From Oscillospiraceae bacterium (lineage in GTDB: Bacteria > Bacillota > Clostridia > Oscillospirales > SIG627): a stretch of 64,000 nt of DNA. The notes beneath the pieces were generated by a model, which was given only the letters and a program-made list of their open reading frames with translations, did not search any database and was not told where the DNA came from. The translations under genes were made by a program, and so were the position numbers. The stretch spans positions 3,038 through 67,037 of the forward strand of contig SVTV01000014.1 of the NCBI GenBank assembly GCA_015063605.1. Direction: 5' to 3'. Within the stretch, counting starts at the first letter, position 1; every line of letters begins with the position of its first letter. Shown here in pieces: positions 58,388-64,000 of the stretch.

Positions 58388-61072
58388 ATGAAAAATCTGC
58401 ACATTATTTCGCACAGCCATTGGGACAGAGAATGGTATATGCCGTTTGAGTACCACAGATCATACCTTATAAAGCTTATTGACAACTGCATGGAATTGTT
58501 TGAAAAGGATGAAAATTTCATAAGCTTTCATCTTGACGGTCATACAGCTCTTGTGGAGGATTATCTTGAGATAAAGCCTGAAAACGAAGAAAAGATCAGG
58601 GAATACATAAGAAACGGTAAATTTGCGGTAGGTCCTTGGTATGTACTTCAGGATGAGTTCCTCACAAGTGCCGAAGCCAACATACGCAATCTCCTTGTAG
58701 GTACATCTCTTGCAAAGAAGTTCGGCAAAGTAACTGAATACGGATACTTTCCCGATGCCTTCGGCAATGCAGGACAAATGCCGCAGATTATGAAGCAAGC
58801 GGGAATGAAGGGCATAATCTTTGGAAGAGGTGTATCCTATTCACCGACAAATGATGCCTCCGAAAAAGAGTATTCGGATGAAAGAACTTATTCTTCAAAG
58901 TATTCCGAAATATACTGGGCATCTCCCGACGGCTCCGTGCTCCCTGCCGCAGTATTCATGAATTGGTACAACAATGCAAATGAGATACCCGTGAATGCCG
59001 ACAAAGGTTTTTGGGAAAGAACTATAAAGAACGCCGAAAGATTAGCCTCCTCAGATGAGATACTTCTCATGAACGGATGCGACCATCAGCCCGTGCAAAA
59101 AAACCTTTCCGAAGCTTTGGAAAATGCAAGAAAAGCATTTCCAGAATATAATTTTATCCATTCCGATTTCGACACATATATGACAGCCTGCACAAAAAAG
59201 CTTCCCGAAGATGTGAAGACAATTACGGGAGAGCTCATAAGTCAAGATACCAACGGATGGTACACGTTGGTAAACACTTCATCCGCTCTTGTAGATTTAA
59301 AGATCATGAACAGCAAGTGCGAGATATACTTAGAAAGCGTTGCGGAGCCGTTGTCAGCCGCCGCTTCCCTTCTCGGCAAGAAGTATCCCCACGAGCAGCT
59401 TCTCTATTCCTGGAAGACTCTTATGAAGAACCATCCCCATGACAGTATCTGCAGCTGCAGCTGTGATGCGGTAAACGAGGAAGTAAGGACAAGATTCAAC
59501 AAGTCACGTCAATGTGCGGAAATGGTCGTAAGAAGCGATCTTGAATTTATAAATAAGCACATAGATACATCGGTTTTTCACGATCATGATGCCTGCTTTG
59601 CCGTTTACAACACATCGCTTTATGAAAGAACGTCGTTGATATCGACAGATATCGACGTGCGCAGAGAGCCTCTCCACGGTGCACCCAAAGATATATTTGC
59701 TAAGGTAAACGCTTCCGTTTATCGTGGCGAATATGAGCTTATCGACGAAAACGGCACCATCATACCCTGCACCGTAAAAAACAGACGAAGCGAATTCGGA
59801 TACACGCTTCCCGATGACATATTCAGACAGCCATACGTTGCAGAAAGAGTCACCGTCGAATTTGAAGCGGAAAGCATTCCCGCCATGGGATATAGGGTCT
59901 TCGGCCTCAGAAGAATCGATAATGAAAAGAGTTCTCTTTCTTCATCGCAAGACAACACTCTTGAAAACAAGTATATGAAGGTCGTTATAAATGATGACGG
60001 CACTTTAAGCATTACGGACAAGAAAAACGGAAAGAGCTTTTCAGGGCTTATGCGCTTCGAGGATACGGGAGATATCGGCACGGAATACACCTATGTTCCC
60101 GCAACGGGAGAAGCGATCCTTTCGGGAACGGAAAAAGCCAAAATCGAATGTGTGAAAAACGAAGAATTCGTAACAGAATATAAGATAACCGTTGAAATGG
60201 AGATTCCCGAGGAAATGGGAGAGGATGCAAAATATGAAAAAAGCATCATGACATCCATTACGGAAAGAAAAGGAAAACGAAGCGATCGTACCGTGACTCT
60301 TCCCATAGTATCCTATATCACTCTCGGTAAAAACAGCAAGCGGCTTGATATTAAGACAACGATCGACAACAATGCGAAGGACCACAGAATACGTGTTCTC
60401 TTCCCCACACATACAAATGCGGTAACACATAAGGCAGAAACGATATTTGAAGCTCCCGAGCGCCCCAACACGCACAACAAATGCCGTACATATCCTTCCG
60501 GATGCGAGCATCAACAGGGTTATGTGATGATGACAGACGGAAAATGCGGTCTTGCAGTGGCAAACATAGGTCTTTACGAATACGAGACGGTAGGCGACAC
60601 CATAGCCGTAACACTTCTCCGTGCGGTCAGCGAAATGGGCGACTGGGGCGTATTTCCCACAGAGCTTTCCCAGATTCAAAGAAGCGTTACATTGGAATAT
60701 TCCGTAATACCATATACGGATGAATCGGAAGCAATCGCACAGATCGCCTCCTTCCGTATCCCCATGATCGCGTCACAGCTCGAAAAAGGACAGATCGGTT
60801 ATTCCGAGAGAAGCATCATATCCTGGAGCGGACAGGAATTAAAGCCGACAGCATTCAAAAACAAAATGAATTCAGATGATCTTATTTTCCGCTGGGCAAA
60901 CTATTCGTCATCGGAACAGACACTCACCATAGAAAAGAACAACGTAATAAACAATCTCTACATGAGTAATGTTATCGAAGAAGATCTCGGTGCTTTGACG
61001 GAGGATAACGGCAAGTGGACTATCAAAGTCAAGCCGCATGAAATAATAACATTGGGAGTTAAGTCCCATTAA
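58388..61072 (+). CDS. GH38 alpha-mannosidase (cytoplasmic)
   Basis: 894 aa with GGAGGG SD. 'HIISHSHWDREWY' is the GH38 N-terminal metal site. No signal peptide. Confidence 0.9.
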   Translation: MKNLHIISHSHWDREWYMPFEYHRSYLIKLIDNCMELFEKDENFISFHLDGHTALVEDYLEIKPENEEKIREYIRNGKFAVGPWYVLQDEFLTSAEANIRNLLVGTSLAKKFGKVTEYGYFPDAFGNAGQMPQIMKQAGMKGIIFGRGVSYSPTNDASEKEYSDERTYSSKYSEIYWASPDGSVLPAAVFMNWYNNANEIPVNADKGFWERTIKNAERLASSDEILLMNGCDHQPVQKNLSEALENARKAFPEYNFIHSDFDTYMTACTKKLPEDVKTITGELISQDTNGWYTLVNTSSALVDLKIMNSKCEIYLESVAEPLSAAASLLGKKYPHEQLLYSWKTLMKNHPHDSICSCSCDAVNEEVRTRFNKSRQCAEMVVRSDLEFINKHIDTSVFHDHDACFAVYNTSLYERTSLISTDIDVRREPLHGAPKDIFAKVNASVYRGEYELIDENGTIIPCTVKNRRSEFGYTLPDDIFRQPYVAERVTVEFEAESIPAMGYRVFGLRRIDNEKSSLSSSQDNTLENKYMKVVINDDGTLSITDKKNGKSFSGLMRFEDTGDIGTEYTYVPATGEAILSGTEKAKIECVKNEEFVTEYKITVEMEIPEEMGEDAKYEKSIMTSITERKGKRSDRTVTLPIVSYITLGKNSKRLDIKTTIDNNAKDHRIRVLFPTHTNAVTHKAETIFEAPERPNTHNKCRTYPSGCEHQQGYVMMTDGKCGLAVANIGLYEYETVGDTIAVTLLRAVSEMGDWGVFPTELSQIQRSVTLEYSVIPYTDESEAIAQIASFRIPMIASQLEKGQIGYSERSIISWSGQELKPTAFKNKMNSDDLIFRWANYSSSEQTLTIEKNNVINNLYMSNVIEEDLGALTEDNGKWTIKVKPHEIITLGVKSH

Positions 61073-61104
61073 TTCGGATAATAAATAAAGAAAGGCATAC
61101 AAAA

Positions 61105-63063
61105 ATGAAGCTTACAGATCTTGTTAACGTAAAACAGGGCAGTGATACCTGCATGAGATTTTCAAACGGCAATACTTTTCCCTTTATTCAGATACCTCAC
61201 GGTTTCGCAAGCTTTGTTCCACAGACAGACAGCACCCGCGGCGGCTGGTTCTATCATCCAAATGACAGAAGCTTTGAAGGAATACGGATCACCCGTCAGC
61301 CCTCTCCGTGGATAGGTGAGCAGGGTGCGGTAACGATACTTCCTCAGCATGAGGCTCCGAGAGAAGAGCCTTGGGCACGTTGGAGCGGCTTTGATCCGAA
61401 AAAAGCTGTCCTCAAGCCTCACTATATGAAATATGAGCTTCAAAGAAGCCGTGCGGATATTGAGCTCGTTCCCACAAACAGCGGTGCCTGCGTAAGAGTG
61501 ACATTCAAGGATATGTCAAGAGATAATTTCATTTCAGTTCTCCCGGTTAACACTCCCTGCAGCTTTGAATTCGAAGGCTGTATGCTTAAAGGATACGCAG
61601 AGTGTGTTTCAAAGCAAAAGCCCAGAAAGAATTCCAAGGTACACTATGCAATGCAATTTGCAAACGGTGATATTTCCGAAGCTGTAATAAAAGACGGCTC
61701 CGTTCATCTGAAGGCAAACAAAAGCGTGATCGAGTTCAGAATATCCACATCGCTTATAAGCCATGAACAAGCGATGATGAATATGAAGCGTGAGCATACA
61801 TATAAGGATATAGAGGATCTCAAAAATATAACAGAAGGTATATGGGAAGAATACCTGTCCCGTATAATGATAAAGACCGACGATGAAGAAATGATGCGTA
61901 CGTTCTATTCATGTATGTATAAATTCTCTCTCTTCCCTCACAGAGCATATGAGCTTGATGAAAACGAAGAGCCGATACACTATTCTCAGGGCAGAGATAC
62001 CGTCGTAAAGGGATACCATTACACGGATAACGGATTCTGGGATACATACAGAACGGTCTATTCCCTTCTTTGTCATGTTGATCCCGAAGAATATGCAAAG
62101 ATGATCGACAGCTTCATAAACGACTACGAAAACGACGGATGGCTTCCAAGATGGACTGCGACGGAGGCAAAATACTGTATGCCCTCCACAGCGATAGACA
62201 CGGTTCTTGCCGATGCCGCAAAGAGAGGCGTTCTCAAGGGTGAAAGACTTGAAAAGGGTTTGGAAGCGATGATAAAGCACGCAAACATTCCTTCCGAAGA
62301 TCGTGTTTTCGGAAGAGAGGGATGTGCGGAATATGTCCGTCTGGGATATGTTCCCAACACTTACCACGAAAGCGTAAACCTTACTCTTGATGCCGCATAT
62401 GGAGACTGGTGCATTGCCGAAATGGCAAAGATCCTCAGAAAAGAAGATATCGCCGAAGAGTATTACAAGAGATCGAAGTATTATAAGAATCTTTTCGACA
62501 AGGAAACGGGTTTCATGCGTTCAAGAGACGAAAACGGCAAGTTCCGTGATAATTTCCATCCCGAACGCTGGGGACTTGACTATACGGAGGCAAGCGCATA
62601 TCATACAAGCTTTGCAGTACAGCATGATATAGAGGGTCTTTGTGAGCTTCACGGCGGAAAGGAAGCTTTACTTAAAAAGCTGGATGAATTTTTTGCAACA
62701 GAACCCAATTATCTTGTAAGCGGATACGGTAATGAGATCCACGAAATGACTGAAATGGCAGCCGCAGATTGGGGACAGTGCGCCATATCCAATCAGCCAA
62801 GCTTCCATATTCCGTTTATGTACGTATACCTCGGTGAAAAGGAAAAGACCGAGTATTGGGTAGAAAAGATATGCCGCGAGGGCTTTAGCTATAAAGACGA
62901 CGGCTATCCCGGAGATGAAGATAACGGCACATCCGCCGCGTGGTTCATGTTCTGCGTAATGGGCTTCTATCCACTTACACCGGGAAAAGCTGAATATGTA
63001 CGCTTCAAGCCCCTTGCCGACAGCATTCTTATAAACGGTAAGACCATCGACGAAATAGTATAA
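61105..63063 (+). CDS. GH92 alpha-mannosidase (cytoplasmic, short form)
   Basis: 652 aa. 'SNQPSFHIPFMYVY' and 'GDEDNGTSAAWFMF' are GH92 hallmarks. No signal peptide. Confidence 0.85.
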   Translation: MKLTDLVNVKQGSDTCMRFSNGNTFPFIQIPHGFASFVPQTDSTRGGWFYHPNDRSFEGIRITRQPSPWIGEQGAVTILPQHEAPREEPWARWSGFDPKKAVLKPHYMKYELQRSRADIELVPTNSGACVRVTFKDMSRDNFISVLPVNTPCSFEFEGCMLKGYAECVSKQKPRKNSKVHYAMQFANGDISEAVIKDGSVHLKANKSVIEFRISTSLISHEQAMMNMKREHTYKDIEDLKNITEGIWEEYLSRIMIKTDDEEMMRTFYSCMYKFSLFPHRAYELDENEEPIHYSQGRDTVVKGYHYTDNGFWDTYRTVYSLLCHVDPEEYAKMIDSFINDYENDGWLPRWTATEAKYCMPSTAIDTVLADAAKRGVLKGERLEKGLEAMIKHANIPSEDRVFGREGCAEYVRLGYVPNTYHESVNLTLDAAYGDWCIAEMAKILRKEDIAEEYYKRSKYYKNLFDKETGFMRSRDENGKFRDNFHPERWGLDYTEASAYHTSFAVQHDIEGLCELHGGKEALLKKLDEFFATEPNYLVSGYGNEIHEMTEMAAADWGQCAISNQPSFHIPFMYVYLGEKEKTEYWVEKICREGFSYKDDGYPGDEDNGTSAAWFMFCVMGFYPLTPGKAEYVRFKPLADSILINGKTIDEIV

Positions 63064-63104
63064 CATAGAAATAACACATATAATACGAAAGGAGTACAAT
63101 TGAT

Positions 63105-63779
63105 ATGAAAAGATCCGAAATAAACAAGCTTATGCGCGAAGCGGTCGAATTTTTGAATGAAATGAATTTCAAGCTTCCGCCATTTGCCTTCTGGTCTCCT
63201 GAGGAATGGGCGGCAAAGGGACATGAATTCGATGAGATAAGAGACAACATGCTGGGATGGGATATAACAGATTTCGGCTCCGGCGATTTTAATCACACGG
63301 GACTTTTCCTTTTCACATTGAGAAACGGAAATTCCGCAAACGGAAAATATACAAAGCCTTATGCTGAAAAGCTCCTTATAACCGATGTCGGTCAGATAAC
63401 TCCCTGCCATTTCCATTGGAGCAAAATGGAAGACATCATAAACCGCGGCGGCGGAGACCTTGTTATTGAGGTATACAATTCCAAAAAGGACGAGAGTCTT
63501 GACGACACAGATGTTGTGATAAACTCCGACGGTAGAGTATACACCGTACCTGCGGGAAGTCTTGTAAGATTAAAGCCCGGCGAAAGCATTTCCATACAGC
63601 AGGGTATGTATCACAAGTTTTGGGGCGAAGGAAGCAAGGTTCTCGTCGGCGAGGTATCCATGGTAAACGATGACACAGCCGACAACCGCTTCAATCCTCC
63701 CGTTGGAAGATTCCCCGAAATAGAAGAAGACGAAAAGCCCCTGTATCTTTTGTGCAACGAGTACCCCAAGGCAAAATAA
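63105..63779 (+). CDS. D-lyxose/D-mannose family sugar isomerase (cupin)
   Basis: 224 aa with AAAGGAG SD. 'PCHFHWSKMEDIINRGGG' and 'MYHKFW' are present. Confidence 0.8.
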   Translation: MKRSEINKLMREAVEFLNEMNFKLPPFAFWSPEEWAAKGHEFDEIRDNMLGWDITDFGSGDFNHTGLFLFTLRNGNSANGKYTKPYAEKLLITDVGQITPCHFHWSKMEDIINRGGGDLVIEVYNSKKDESLDDTDVVINSDGRVYTVPAGSLVRLKPGESISIQQGMYHKFWGEGSKVLVGEVSMVNDDTADNRFNPPVGRFPEIEEDEKPLYLLCNEYPKAK

Positions 63780-63844
63780 AAAAACGCATATTGGTAAACA
63801 AATGATCGACCCCGACAGATTTCAAGGTTGATAGACGACACAAA

Positions 63845-63871
63845 GGGGGCGTCGCATTAAGCGACGCCCCC
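63845..63871. terminator. GC-rich hairpin after the isomerase gene
   Basis: 11-bp stem GGGGGCGTCGC/GCGACGCCCCC with a 5-nt loop. There is no clean U-tract on the plus strand and only TTTGTG on the minus strand. Confidence 0.5.
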
Positions 63872-64000
63872 GCTAAAACAGCGGACAAAAATAGGGGACG
63901 GGAACCCGCTATTCAGGGCTTGGCTCACGTTAGTGAGACAGCCCCAGGTACGCCAATGTGCATTCTATTCTTTTATCTCTCCACAACAAATTCGTTGTAG

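Overview
This window looks like chromosomal DNA from a spore-forming Firmicute, class Clostridia. The evidence is the conserved block cwlD, radA, mazG, hup, yabO-like S4 gene, yabP, yabQ, divIC, plus frequent TTG/GTG starts and strong GGAGG-type ribosome-binding sites. The taxon guess is inference only. Most of the window is densely packed, confidently readable genes. These are a MoxR-DUF58 pair, a THUMP RNA methyltransferase, a PrsA-like lipoprotein, a csoR-copA copper operon with a textbook CsoR operator, fumarase alpha, a four-subunit 2-oxoacid:ferredoxin oxidoreductase, ispD/ispF, an aconitase-icd operon, an aldolase/SDR fusion, and cytoplasmic GH20/GH38/GH92 glycosidases with a D-lyxose/mannose isomerase. 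Accessory content includes two tandem diverged heparinase II/III-like paralogs, one exported and one cytoplasmic. There is a roughly 6.6 kb prophage remnant holding only a tail-fiber module, a lysis module and terS/terL, with a TPP-riboswitch-controlled thiT cassette wedged between terS and terL. A minus-strand cluster reads Xer-like recombinase, VTC domain, DUF4956, beta-helix-like surface protein, PHP phosphoesterase, with a paralogous surface-protein operon across a lone tRNA-Thr. There are also three lipoprotein genes behind a structured leader, and an OmpR-type two-component system bracketed by paralogous small membrane proteins. I saw no CRISPR array, transposase, reverse transcriptase or rRNA. 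The items most worth follow-up are the VTC/DUF4956 operon, the thiT cassette inside the packaging module, an in-frame copA-copZ fusion that retains an internal ribosome-binding site, and a promoter/leader module shared by two unrelated operons. All family assignments rest on motifs I recognise by eye; no searches were run.
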